From contig CAWFQL010000012.1 in NCBI GenBank assembly GCA_963817915.1, forward strand, positions 544,001 through 608,000: a DNA stretch of 64,000 nt, given 5' to 3'. This DNA is from an uncultured candidate division Zixibacteria bacterium (GTDB lineage: Bacteria > Zixibacteria > MSB-5A5 > UBA10806). The notes below the pieces were generated by a model. That model was not told the origin of the DNA, searched no databases, and worked only from the letters and a program-made list of their open reading frames with translations. Positions 8,887-17,905 of this stretch are shown here, in pieces. The position numbers were made by a program, and so were the translations under genes. How positions within the stretch are numbered: the first letter of the stretch is position 1; the number at the start of each line of letters is the position of its first letter.

Positions 8887-9975
8887 TTAATAAGATTTGA
8901 ATAAGGCTCCCCATTCGCTGGTTTTGAGCCAATTGTTGAAGATCTTCTTGCCCTTGAATGGATACCACAACCTGTCATGATAAAATGCCGATGCGAATAC
9001 GAAAATATAGACCAACGGAGTATGGAATAACAGTTTTTGGAAAATCTTCAATGGAGAAAACCAGAAAATATCACCAGCCTTGGACGCCAGATTATCGCCT
9101 ACAGTGAACCCGAAATTGACTTTGGAAATATCCTCACCCCGAATTTCGATCTCTTCGATTCTTCCGCATCCCAGGCCAGCCTCATGGGCGATTCTGATAA
9201 AATGAATCTTCATGGGATCAAATCCCATCATCTTGGCCGCGACAGCGTCGATCGCCACCTGATCGGATGAGGCTAATATATAATCTTTGATATGCGGCGT
9301 CATGGTGCGAGGGCCGGGCCCGGAGGCCGCGGTAGTGCCATCCATGAATGCGAATATCCCCGGATGAATCTCCTTTTGGATCGCAAGCAAATCAACCAAA
9401 GTCTTATGAATTTCCGAATGAGTGTAATGCCGCTTGGTGGAAAGCAGCCCGCCGAATGCGTTTTTCATCGAGCCGGTTGTAGTAGTATAAATATGAGTCT
9501 TCATTGTGGGTAAATGGACTATATTTTTGCCAATCATAAATTCCGGAATTTTAATTCCTTCGGAAAAGATCCTGTCAAGAACCATCATCTTTGCTTTGGG
9601 AACATATCGTATCCATTTTAAATCATTCGGGTCATTATTATATCGTTCGGGAATACCGTACTTTTCATATATAGGCTTAAGCTTAAGCAGCCTGCCGCCA
9701 AGATATGGATCGGTCACGACTGTATTATTATGGACTGCGGCCAAATCTTTTAGCCCGGCTGATTGCAGCGATTTTATTGTCCCTTCTAATTGCCAGGGGA
9801 CCGTGTTGGCTCCCGGGAATGGCAAATGCCAGGAAATATTATCTTTCAGGATCGTGGTTTTATCCGCGGGAAGCGCCTGCTTTATCCCGGCCAGTTCGCC
9901 TAATTTTATATAATCAGCAATCACATTCTTCGGATTGGTTTTTAAAATCGATACGACAGATTTAAGTGAATTCAT
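8887..9975 (-). CDS. DUF362 domain protein
   Basis: ILKDNISW, LPTMKTH...TGSMKNAFG, GPGP and DQVAIDAVAAKMMGFDP motifs. Confidence 0.8.
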   Translation of the reverse strand: MNSLKSVVSILKTNPKNVIADYIKLGELAGIKQALPADKTTILKDNISWHLPFPGANTVPWQLEGTIKSLQSAGLKDLAAVHNNTVVTDPYLGGRLLKLKPIYEKYGIPERYNNDPNDLKWIRYVPKAKMMVLDRIFSEGIKIPEFMIGKNIVHLPTMKTHIYTTTTGSMKNAFGGLLSTKRHYTHSEIHKTLVDLLAIQKEIHPGIFAFMDGTTAASGPGPRTMTPHIKDYILASSDQVAIDAVAAKMMGFDPMKIHFIRIAHEAGLGCGRIEEIEIRGEDISKVNFGFTVGDNLASKAGDIFWFSPLKIFQKLLFHTPLVYIFVFASAFYHDRLWYPFKGKKIFNNWLKTSEWGALFKSY

Positions 9976-9987
9976 TAAAACCTCGAT

Positions 9988-10860
9988 TTAGGTGAATTGA
10001 ATCACCAAAATTACCGCCAATAACCATAAAACCACACATAGCATTAACGGTATATCGGTGATCATTAGTTTCGTGGGATTGCCGCCTTCTTCTTTCTTAA
10101 ATATCAAATACAGATAGCGAAATATCCCGTACAGCACAAACGGGATAGTCAATGAAAGCCATTTAGTGCCGAATCGTGTCTCAATTTCAGGCGACATCGT
10201 GTAGAATGAATAAGCCACTACGGTCGATGCCGTAACTACCGAAATCATCTGATCCAAAAATGGAGTCGAATAATTCTCCAATGATTTTCTATGATCAATC
10301 GCGTTTACGCTCAAAAGCACCAATTCGTGGCGACGTTTTCCAAATGCCAGAAAGAGCGCCAATAATGTCGTACAAACCAAAAGCCATGGAGATATTGGAA
10401 CCGATATCGCTAAACCACCCGCGACCGCCCTTAAAACGAATCCAGCGGCTATTACCATTACATCTATGATTACAATTTGCTTCAAAATGGCAGAATATCC
10501 AAGATTAATTAATAAATAAACTATGAGACTTATCATAGTCGCCAGGTTGATATTAATCGAAATCACAATTGATGCTAGCCCTAAAAATGCCGATGCCGCC
10601 ACTGCTACAGATATCGGTACGTTGCCCGATGCTATAGGACGTTTCGATTTTATCGGATGATTTCTGTCTTTTTCTCTATCAAAGACATCATTCATTATAT
10701 AAACAGCCGATGATCCCAGACAAAAAGCGCCGAATGCCAATATAGCCAGGCCCCATTTATTGATATCATCGAATTCTACCGCGAATATCAATGCCGCAAA
10801 AATCACCAGGTTTTTTACCCAATGCCCCGGCCTCGCGCTGATAATTAAACCTTTAATCAT
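9988..10860 (-). CDS. UbiA-family decaprenyl-phosphate phosphoribosyltransferase-like protein
   Basis: RPGHWVKN, NDVFDREKDRNHPIKSKRPIASG, GKRRHEL and GIFRYL motifs. Confidence 0.85.
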   Translation of the reverse strand: MIKGLIISARPGHWVKNLVIFAALIFAVEFDDINKWGLAILAFGAFCLGSSAVYIMNDVFDREKDRNHPIKSKRPIASGNVPISVAVAASAFLGLASIVISININLATMISLIVYLLINLGYSAILKQIVIIDVMVIAAGFVLRAVAGGLAISVPISPWLLVCTTLLALFLAFGKRRHELVLLSVNAIDHRKSLENYSTPFLDQMISVVTASTVVAYSFYTMSPEIETRFGTKWLSLTIPFVLYGIFRYLYLIFKKEEGGNPTKLMITDIPLMLCVVLWLLAVILVIQFT

Positions 10861-10920
10861 AATTGATTATACTTAAGATTCATTGAATTTAAAAGCGTTG
10901 AATATTGTTCGTATCATTAA

Positions 10921-12327
10921 TTATAATCTTAGCTTTGAAATAAATTCTTCCACTTCAGGCACGCCGCCCTGCAATATCAGATAGCCATCGAATGGCTCTC
11001 GTTCGGTAATCTCACCCGAAAACGGCTTGAGCATCATCTCCTGAACTTCTTCGAGATTATGCGTATGCCCCAAGACCCATCCGAGTTTAACATAGGCTAC
11101 TTCAGGCAGCATATTGCCTGTTGGTACTACGCCTAAGTGCATTAAATCTCTGCCGGTGTCATAAACGAACATCTGCACATAGCCCCAGAGTGTCTGCACT
11201 GTCATATAGACCGCAACACCCTTTTGCACGGCTTTCTTCAATGGCTCATAAAGCGGTTTGTTGACATGTCCTAATCCTGTACCTGCTATTACAATTCCTT
11301 TATAGCCGTTGTCAACCAGGCTTTCGATAATATCCGGTTTCATGTTCGGGTAATAATACACAATAGCCACTCTATCATCGAAAACCGAATCCACCAGTAC
11401 TTCCCGATCTTTACGCCGTTTTTTAAATACGTCTCTTACCGGCGTCATCTTGCCAGGTTCTACCATTGCCAATGGCACATCACCAATCGTCCTGAATGTC
11501 GAACGATACGATGAATGCATCTTTCTGACGCGCGTGCCCTGATGGAGCAAGTTATATTTATCCGATGTCGGTCCATACATACAGACCATCACTTCCGCGA
11601 TATCAGCGTAAGCCGCGGTCCAGACCGCGCAGCGAAGATTGAAGGCCGCGTCCGATGATGGTCTGTCGGATGATCTTTGCGAGCCAACCATCACGATCGG
11701 CACTGGCGAATTCTGCACCATGAATGATAATATTCCCGCCGTGTGATGCATCGTATCGGTACCATGCCCGATTACTATGCCATCGACTCCATTGCGGATT
11801 TCCCGGCCGATCGCTTCTGCGGTAATTTGCCATTGCTCCGGCCCCATGTTTTCTGAAAAAATCCCGAATAGCTTTTCTGTTTTGAGATTCGAAATATCAG
11901 CCAATTCCGGCACGGCTCCATATAGCTCGCCGGGGCTGAATGCCGGAATAACTGCGCCTGTTCTGTAATCAAGTCTTGACGCAATAGTGCCGCCTGTTCC
12001 AAGCAGGGTGACATTCGGCTTGTCAGGATCGACAGGAAAATCCTTTTCGGGGATTTTGTAATGAGCTTCCTTATAGCCGACCTCTTTGGCTTCGCGAATT
12101 GTAGTCGCCAGTATTCCGATATTATAGCCGTTATGCATCTTGAGCACGATATGCCTGTCGTCCGCTGTTTCCGTGCGGGGCAGAATTATTCCCTTAAATG
12201 AGCCCCTGTCCGTCGTAATTTCGACATCAGACCAGACCTTGACTCCAAGCTCTTTGAGCTTGGCCAGCGATAATCCCTTGTAACCTTTATAAGTTGTCGA
12301 ATCGTTGTTGATCGTATTTTGTGACAT
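10921..12327 (-). CDS. gatD: Glu-tRNA(Gln) amidotransferase subunit D (archaeal-type GatD)
   Basis: GatD N-terminal domain (FKGIILPR...HIVLKMHNGYNIGI) plus asparaginase-type core TGGTIASRLDYRTGAV, HGTDT, SQRSSDRPSSDA, VRKMHSS, MLPEVAYVKLGWVLG. Confidence 0.9.
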   Translation of the reverse strand: MSQNTINNDSTTYKGYKGLSLAKLKELGVKVWSDVEITTDRGSFKGIILPRTETADDRHIVLKMHNGYNIGILATTIREAKEVGYKEAHYKIPEKDFPVDPDKPNVTLLGTGGTIASRLDYRTGAVIPAFSPGELYGAVPELADISNLKTEKLFGIFSENMGPEQWQITAEAIGREIRNGVDGIVIGHGTDTMHHTAGILSFMVQNSPVPIVMVGSQRSSDRPSSDAAFNLRCAVWTAAYADIAEVMVCMYGPTSDKYNLLHQGTRVRKMHSSYRSTFRTIGDVPLAMVEPGKMTPVRDVFKKRRKDREVLVDSVFDDRVAIVYYYPNMKPDIIESLVDNGYKGIVIAGTGLGHVNKPLYEPLKKAVQKGVAVYMTVQTLWGYVQMFVYDTGRDLMHLGVVPTGNMLPEVAYVKLGWVLGHTHNLEEVQEMMLKPFSGEITEREPFDGYLILQGGVPEVEEFISKLRL

Positions 12328-12332
12328 ACTCC

Positions 12333-12800
12333 CTAAGTCCGTTTGTACATCCAGGTCAGAAGGTGATTGAATCCCAACTTTTCCCAGAAATTAATAGTGT
12401 TGATATTTTCCCTCGCCACCAAAAGCTCAATCTGATTGATTCTTCGTTTCCCAAAAAACTTCATGGCGTCATTCACCAGCATTTCGCCAATGCCTTGACG
12501 GCGATATTCTGGCTTAACATATAGATCGCCTATAAAGCCGAATCTTTCGAGTTTGAAGTATTTTGGTTTTGTCGAGACATAGCAAAAACAGAATCCTACC
12601 AATTCATTGTCAATCTCCGCTAATAGAAGGCTGGCATCGGGATCGTTAAAACGTTCATTCATCTCGGTTAGAAAAATCTTTTTGGCATCCTTTTGAATCG
12701 AAAAAGAATTATTCATCTGGCTATTGTAAGCCATAAAATCTTCCCAGAGTTGACTGATTTTTAATATCTCATCTTCTCTGGCTTTTCTGATATTAGCCAC
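12333..12800 (-). CDS. GNAT-family N-acetyltransferase
   Basis: LYVKPEYRRQGIG acetyl-CoA motif; FWEKLGF. Confidence 0.9.
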   Translation of the reverse strand: MANIRKAREDEILKISQLWEDFMAYNSQMNNSFSIQKDAKKIFLTEMNERFNDPDASLLLAEIDNELVGFCFCYVSTKPKYFKLERFGFIGDLYVKPEYRRQGIGEMLVNDAMKFFGKRRINQIELLVARENINTINFWEKLGFNHLLTWMYKRT

Positions 12801-12902
12801 GCGCTAACGTTAATTCCGTTGGCCTATAATGTCAAGCGCTGAAATCGATTGAGTGAATTCATGAGACTTGACTATCTGCCATATTAAAAGTAGATTTGCG
12901 TC

Positions 12903-13103
12903 ATGTCGTCATCGCTCGTCGAATTTTTCAAGGCTCATCCGTTCTTAGGGGTTTTTATCATTGTATTTATGGTGCTCCCCATGATCGGCGCTGTCGTTCA
13001 TATCATCTTAAAAGCCATGGGCAAAAAGGGGATTGACAACAGTGAGACCGATTCCGAAATGCCGCCGCCCGATGACGACGATGATTCTATTCCTAAGTCT
13101 TGA
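12903..13103 (+). CDS. Small membrane protein
   Basis: 66 aa, one long hydrophobic segment and an acidic tail. Confidence 0.55.
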   Translation: MSSSLVEFFKAHPFLGVFIIVFMVLPMIGAVVHIILKAMGKKGIDNSETDSEMPPPDDDDDSIPKS

Positions 13104-13318
13104 TCAATTTTTGATACTTTTACGAAATCAACATAAGACTTATCAGCTTTTGATCAGTTAATTATTACCGGGAAATTGTTGGAAATAAACCATATATATA
13201 GTCCAATTCCGATAAGAAATTTTGAAATTTCAGCCGTGTTTCATTTGCGATAAAATCTAACTATCAATAAACTAACGCCTTAATAAGCCGGTTTCATTTA
13301 GCCATATCACGAAGGGAT

Positions 13319-13336
13319 TGGGAACGCCACTTGCAT
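13319..13336 (+). promoter_or_regulatory. Putative sigma54 (-24/-12) promoter
   Basis: TGGGAACGCCACTTGCA has GG-N10-GC spacing and is close to the TGGCACG-N4-TTGCA consensus. Confidence 0.5.
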
Positions 13337-13446
13337 TTATTACATCGTAGTAATGTTCAAAGGTTAAGCAAATGGTGTTCCTGCCGATAACAGATATGGT
13401 TCTTTCTAAACCGGATTACGGCAGGACGCCCTAAATAGGAGGCGTC

Positions 13447-13587
13447 ATGGCCAAGCGAAGAAAACCTCAAGTAAAGTTACCCGAGAAAACTTGCTGGCAT
13501 CTCTATAGCCTGCAGAATCTCAACGCTGAAAAGTTCATCAAGGTAGTCGGCAAGATTCTGAAACGAGATTATCTCGTAATTAAATAG
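13447..13587 (+). CDS. Small basic hypothetical protein (46 aa; below the ORF-track cutoff)
   Basis: AGGAGG RBS 4 nt upstream of ATG; MAKRRKPQVKLPEKTCWHLYSLQNLNAEKFIKVVGKILKRDYLVIK*. Confidence 0.55.
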   Translation: MAKRRKPQVKLPEKTCWHLYSLQNLNAEKFIKVVGKILKRDYLVIK

Positions 13588-13660
13588 TCAGAAATGCCTT
13601 GACAGTTTTCTCATGAAAAGATAAATTTCCTCGTCTTTTTGGTTGAAAGAGGGGACGCTG

Positions 13661-14575
13661 ATGGTTTCGAAAAAATTTAGTGTAATTATCGTTCCGAAAG
13701 AGAGCGGTAAAATGATCTCGGGCGAGTTCAGCCAACGAACCCTGGCACTCGCTTCTGCGTTAATTTCGATTTTTATCCTGGCCAGTATATATTTTACGAT
13801 CGGATTCCTGAAATCCAACATCGATAGAAAAAAGATGGCCAGCCTCGTTACGGAAAACCGGACTCTATCTGCCAAAGTCGGCAGCCTGGAATCCGCGGTT
13901 GCCATGCTTAAAGATGATGTCACCAAAATTATCACTCAGGACGAAAATATCCGTCTTGTTTTTGATCTGCCTCCAGTAGATCCCGAAATCAGACAGGTGG
14001 GTATCGGCGGTGAATCGGCGGAAACTCCGACTTTTAGTTCCAAAGCCGAAGAACGAGCCTGGATGGTCGAGGGTGATATCAACAAGCTCGACAGGCAGCT
14101 CAATCTCGAAAATGCGTCATTCGATGATATCTACACCAAAGTCCAGAGCAAGAAAGAAATTCTGGATCATACGCCTACAATTCAGCCTTGCGATGGCCGA
14201 TTCTCGCGCGGCTACGGCATGCAAAGAGATCCATTCACCGGCCTTTTCCAATCTCATAATGGTATCGATATCGCCGCTCCTCGCGGCACACCGGTCTATG
14301 CTACCGCGGCGGGCGAAGTAGTTTTTGCCGGATATCAGAATGATATGGGAAATTATATTAGAATAAATCATGGCAACGGTATCGAATCATGCTATGGCCA
14401 TCTGAATAAAATCAATGTCAGAACCGGCCAAAATGTTGACAGGCGCGACCTGATAGGATTTGTCGGTTCAACCGGATATTCCACCGGCCCTCATCTTCAT
14501 TATGAAGTGCATGAATTCTCACGAGCCGTCAACCCTAATAAATATATAATTAAGTTGCTTTTAACCGGGCTTTAG
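13661..14575 (+). CDS. M23-family metallopeptidase
   Basis: N-terminal TM, coiled coil, HNGID...YGHL...STGPHLHYEV motifs. Confidence 0.92.
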   Translation: MVSKKFSVIIVPKESGKMISGEFSQRTLALASALISIFILASIYFTIGFLKSNIDRKKMASLVTENRTLSAKVGSLESAVAMLKDDVTKIITQDENIRLVFDLPPVDPEIRQVGIGGESAETPTFSSKAEERAWMVEGDINKLDRQLNLENASFDDIYTKVQSKKEILDHTPTIQPCDGRFSRGYGMQRDPFTGLFQSHNGIDIAAPRGTPVYATAAGEVVFAGYQNDMGNYIRINHGNGIESCYGHLNKINVRTGQNVDRRDLIGFVGSTGYSTGPHLHYEVHEFSRAVNPNKYIIKLLLTGL

Positions 14576-14600
14576 TCCGACGCCCGATTTATGGATAATA

Positions 14601-14627
14601 GACCCCTCTACCCGAGGGGTTTTTTTA
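14601..14627 (+). terminator. Intrinsic terminator
   Basis: GACCCCTC-TACCC-GAGGGGTT followed by a T-run. Confidence 0.75.
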
Positions 14628-14643
14628 TTGTTAATAATTTTAT

Positions 14644-15093
14644 TTGATGTATATTTCCAAAATGGAAAAAGCCCTCATATCTCGATGCCTCCTCGGCGAA
14701 AAATGCCGCTGGGATGGACAAATTATCAAATACGATGTCGATAACATGCGGCAATCCAACGAGTTCGTGGCTATTTGCCCGGAGATGGATGGCGGTCTGT
14801 CATGTCCCAGACCAAAAGCCGAAATTCATAATGGAGATGGATTTAATGTACTTGATGGCAAATCCAGTGTCCTGAATGCTGAAGGAGCAATTATTACCGA
14901 TAATTATTTAAAGGGGGCACAAAGGGCCCTGAATTTGGCGTTAACGATGAATATAAGAAAGGTGCTGTTGAAAGATAAAAGCCCTTCCTGCGGCGTTAAG
15001 CATATATACAATGATGGAAAGCTGATTGACGGTATGGGAGTAACGGCGGCGTTGCTACAACGTCATAATTTGGAGTTGATTTCAATCGAATGA
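14644..15093 (+). CDS. DUF523 / 2-thiouracil desulfurase-family protein
   Basis: SRCLLGEKCRWDG, CPE...GL..PR and KSPSCG motifs. Confidence 0.85.
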   Translation: MMYISKMEKALISRCLLGEKCRWDGQIIKYDVDNMRQSNEFVAICPEMDGGLSCPRPKAEIHNGDGFNVLDGKSSVLNAEGAIITDNYLKGAQRALNLALTMNIRKVLLKDKSPSCGVKHIYNDGKLIDGMGVTAALLQRHNLELISIE

Positions 15094-16022
15094 ATAATAA
15101 GAATCATCACAATCATGAAGGACACGATCATCTTGAAACCGGCAATAAGATAGCCGGGAAGCTGACCTGGGCTCTGATAATCACAATTGCTCTTTTTGTT
15201 GCTGAGCTTATCGGCGGAATTATGACAAATTCCTTGTCGCTCAAATCCGATGCTGGCCACTTATTCGGCGATGTCTTGGCCTTAGGTTTATCGCTATTCG
15301 CGGCCAGGATAGCGTTACTGCCTCCTTCTTCGAAGAGAACCTACGGATATCACAGGGTCGAAGTCCTTGCGGCTGTTTTTAATGGTGTCACGCTTTTCGT
15401 ATTGGCCGGCTATATATTTTATGAAGCGTACCAACGTCTTATTCATCCGGAGCCTGTCAAATCCGCGGGAATGCTGATTATCGCCATAATTGGTTTGGCG
15501 GGGAATCTTTTTGTAATGATGAAACTTCACGGCTCATCACAGCATAACCTGAATGTTCGCGCCGCTTACCTGCATGTTGTAGGCGATATGCTGGGCTCTG
15601 TGGGAGTCGTCGCAGGCGGCCTCATAATGATTTTTTCCAACAATTATCTGGCCGATCCTCTAATATCATTTTTTATCGGAGCGATAATCCTATACGGCGC
15701 GTTCGGAGTGCTCAGGGAGGGTGCCAATATTCTACTGGAAGGAATGCCTGTTTCGATAAAATACAAAGAGCTGATGGCTGATCTGGAATCGCTCGAAGGC
15801 GTCGTATCAATTCATGACCTGCATGTTTGGACCATCTCCTCATCGAACCTTTCGCTTTCCGCCCATGTCAAAATACCGGATCAGTTGACACATTCATCCC
15901 AGCAGGTTCTCCAGAAGATAAATGATATGCTGCAGTCGAAATACAATATTTATCATACCACGATTCAGCTTGAATGCGATTGTTGCGAGGGTGTCGAGTG
16001 CGGATGCGGAAGCCCCATCTAA
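15090..16022 (+). CDS. Cation diffusion facilitator (CzcD/ZitB-like)
   Basis: His-rich N-terminus; SDAGH, TYGYHRVE, LHVVGD, HDLHVW and HTTIQ motifs. Confidence 0.92.
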   Translation: MNNKNHHNHEGHDHLETGNKIAGKLTWALIITIALFVAELIGGIMTNSLSLKSDAGHLFGDVLALGLSLFAARIALLPPSSKRTYGYHRVEVLAAVFNGVTLFVLAGYIFYEAYQRLIHPEPVKSAGMLIIAIIGLAGNLFVMMKLHGSSQHNLNVRAAYLHVVGDMLGSVGVVAGGLIMIFSNNYLADPLISFFIGAIILYGAFGVLREGANILLEGMPVSIKYKELMADLESLEGVVSIHDLHVWTISSSNLSLSAHVKIPDQLTHSSQQVLQKINDMLQSKYNIYHTTIQLECDCCEGVECGCGSPI

Positions 16023-16104
16023 ATTTCTGTACCCTATTTTTTAATGCTGTTTTAAGCAACTTTAAGCGAACGATTGAGTATAAAAAAACCGAGCAGGAAA
16101 AATT

Positions 16105-17628
16105 ATGAGACGATTTAAGGGATTAATTTTAATGATCATTATCGGAGCCATCCTTGGCGCGGTATTTATGTTAGTAATTTTGGGTCACTTCCCATCATTT
16201 TCAGGCAAATCGTCTCAGCCTCAAAATCCTCAGGCAATCGGCAACTCATCCGAAATCGACACTGGCACGATTCAGCAAAATAATAATCTGGATATCGCCG
16301 AAGATAATATCACATCGACAAGAAAAAATTCTATAGTCAAAGCCTCTCAAAAAGTCGGCCCAGCGGTTGTTTCGCTTTCAGTAGTGCAAGTAGTTCAAGC
16401 CAGGACACAATCACCATTTGGCTCCGATTTCTGGGATTTCTTCTTCCTGCCGCCGCCCGCCCGTGAACGGCAGGTGCTGTCGTTAGGCTCAGGCGTGATA
16501 ATTAATCCCGAAGGGTATATACTTACCAATTACCATGTGGTCGATGGAGCGCAGGAGATAAAAGTCACTCTCACAAATGGCGACGAACTACCCGGCAAGC
16601 TTGTCGGGAGCGATCCGGTTACCGATTTGGCCGTAGTAAAAATATTGGCTGACAACAAGCATTTCCCGAACGCCTCTTTAGGCAATTCCGATGATCTTAT
16701 CAGCGGTGAATGGGCCATAGCAATCGGCAATCCATTCGGCTATCTGCTTGATGATCCCCAACCTACTGTCACTGTCGGCGTAATTTCCGCGGTCAATCGC
16801 GATATAAAGCCCGAAAAGGGGCAGGTCGCTGTCTATCGCAAGATGATTCAGACCGATGCCGCGATCAATCCGGGCAATTCCGGAGGCCCGCTTGTCAACG
16901 CCCTTGGCGAAGTAATCGGTATCAATACATTCATTTTTACATCGAGCCGTGGCTCCGAGGGAATTGGATTCGCGATTCCGATAAATCGCGCGAAAATTGT
17001 GATTTCCGATCTTTTGAAATATGGCGAGGTCGTGAAAAGCTGGATCGGACTGCAGGTTCAAAATATCACGCCTGCCCTGGCTCAGAGTATGAATATCGAT
17101 CGCACCAAGGGAATCGTCATTACTTCGATTGCCGATAATTCTCCGGCTTCTAAAGCCGGCTTTAAGGTTGGAGATGTTCTGATAGCGGCGGGCAAGGCGG
17201 AAATATCCAGAACACCGGATTGGGAAGAGGTTGCCAACTACGCCAGAGTCGGAAGAGAATTGCCTGTCGAAGTATTGCGTGATCGTAAGGAATATACTAT
17301 AAATGTAGTCCCCGATGAAATTCCCACAAGGAATGCCGCCCATAAATCCGACAAATTCGGAGTCGAGGTTGCGCAGATCACTCATGATGTGGCAAGCTAC
17401 ATGGGAATAAAGGACCCTCAGGGAGTGCTGGTAATGGGTGTCAAGGACTCCGAGACCGCTTCCAGTTGGGGACTTCAGGAAGGCGATATTATCCGCCAAA
17501 TAGGAAACCGCAAGATTGCCGGGCTCGATGATTATTTATCGATCATGTCTAAAATAGAACATGGCTATAGAATCGTAATTACGATTGAGCGCGATGGCAA
17601 TATGTACTTCATTCAAGCGATAACTTAA
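16105..17628 (+). CDS. htrA: HtrA/DegP serine protease with two PDZ domains
   Basis: TNYHVV, TDLA and QTDAAINPGNSGG catalytic triad; two PDZ-like repeats. Confidence 0.92.
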   Translation: MRRFKGLILMIIIGAILGAVFMLVILGHFPSFSGKSSQPQNPQAIGNSSEIDTGTIQQNNNLDIAEDNITSTRKNSIVKASQKVGPAVVSLSVVQVVQARTQSPFGSDFWDFFFLPPPARERQVLSLGSGVIINPEGYILTNYHVVDGAQEIKVTLTNGDELPGKLVGSDPVTDLAVVKILADNKHFPNASLGNSDDLISGEWAIAIGNPFGYLLDDPQPTVTVGVISAVNRDIKPEKGQVAVYRKMIQTDAAINPGNSGGPLVNALGEVIGINTFIFTSSRGSEGIGFAIPINRAKIVISDLLKYGEVVKSWIGLQVQNITPALAQSMNIDRTKGIVITSIADNSPASKAGFKVGDVLIAAGKAEISRTPDWEEVANYARVGRELPVEVLRDRKEYTINVVPDEIPTRNAAHKSDKFGVEVAQITHDVASYMGIKDPQGVLVMGVKDSETASSWGLQEGDIIRQIGNRKIAGLDDYLSIMSKIEHGYRIVITIERDGNMYFIQAIT

Positions 17629-17825
17629 TCAATTATTTCCCTCCGTTTACAATCTAATAGCCGGGGCTTTCCAGCCCCGGAAATAAGTGCAACTTATAAT
17701 AAGGTCGCCTATAATCGATATTTAATTAGATACCGAATTTAATATGCATTGTGTATTTTTCCATAATCATCTAATTGACATCGAATCACTTTTCACTGAT
17801 ATTGCGACGTTACATTTATTCCGCG

Positions 17826-17853
17826 TGTCGTCGGGTCGCCGTACCCGACGACA
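17826..17853. repeat. REP-like palindrome
   Basis: TGTCGTCGGGTCGCCGTACCCGACGACA has the same core as 2232-2253. Confidence 0.75.
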
Positions 17854-17905
17854 TATCGGCAATAATGACTAGGGCGGAAACACGCTATTGTAAGGTGTAT
17901 AATGT

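Noticed and set aside
16678..17499. 273-aa minus-strand ORF
   Set aside because: Antisense shadow of htrA. The other nested ORFs inside long genes were rejected for the same reason.
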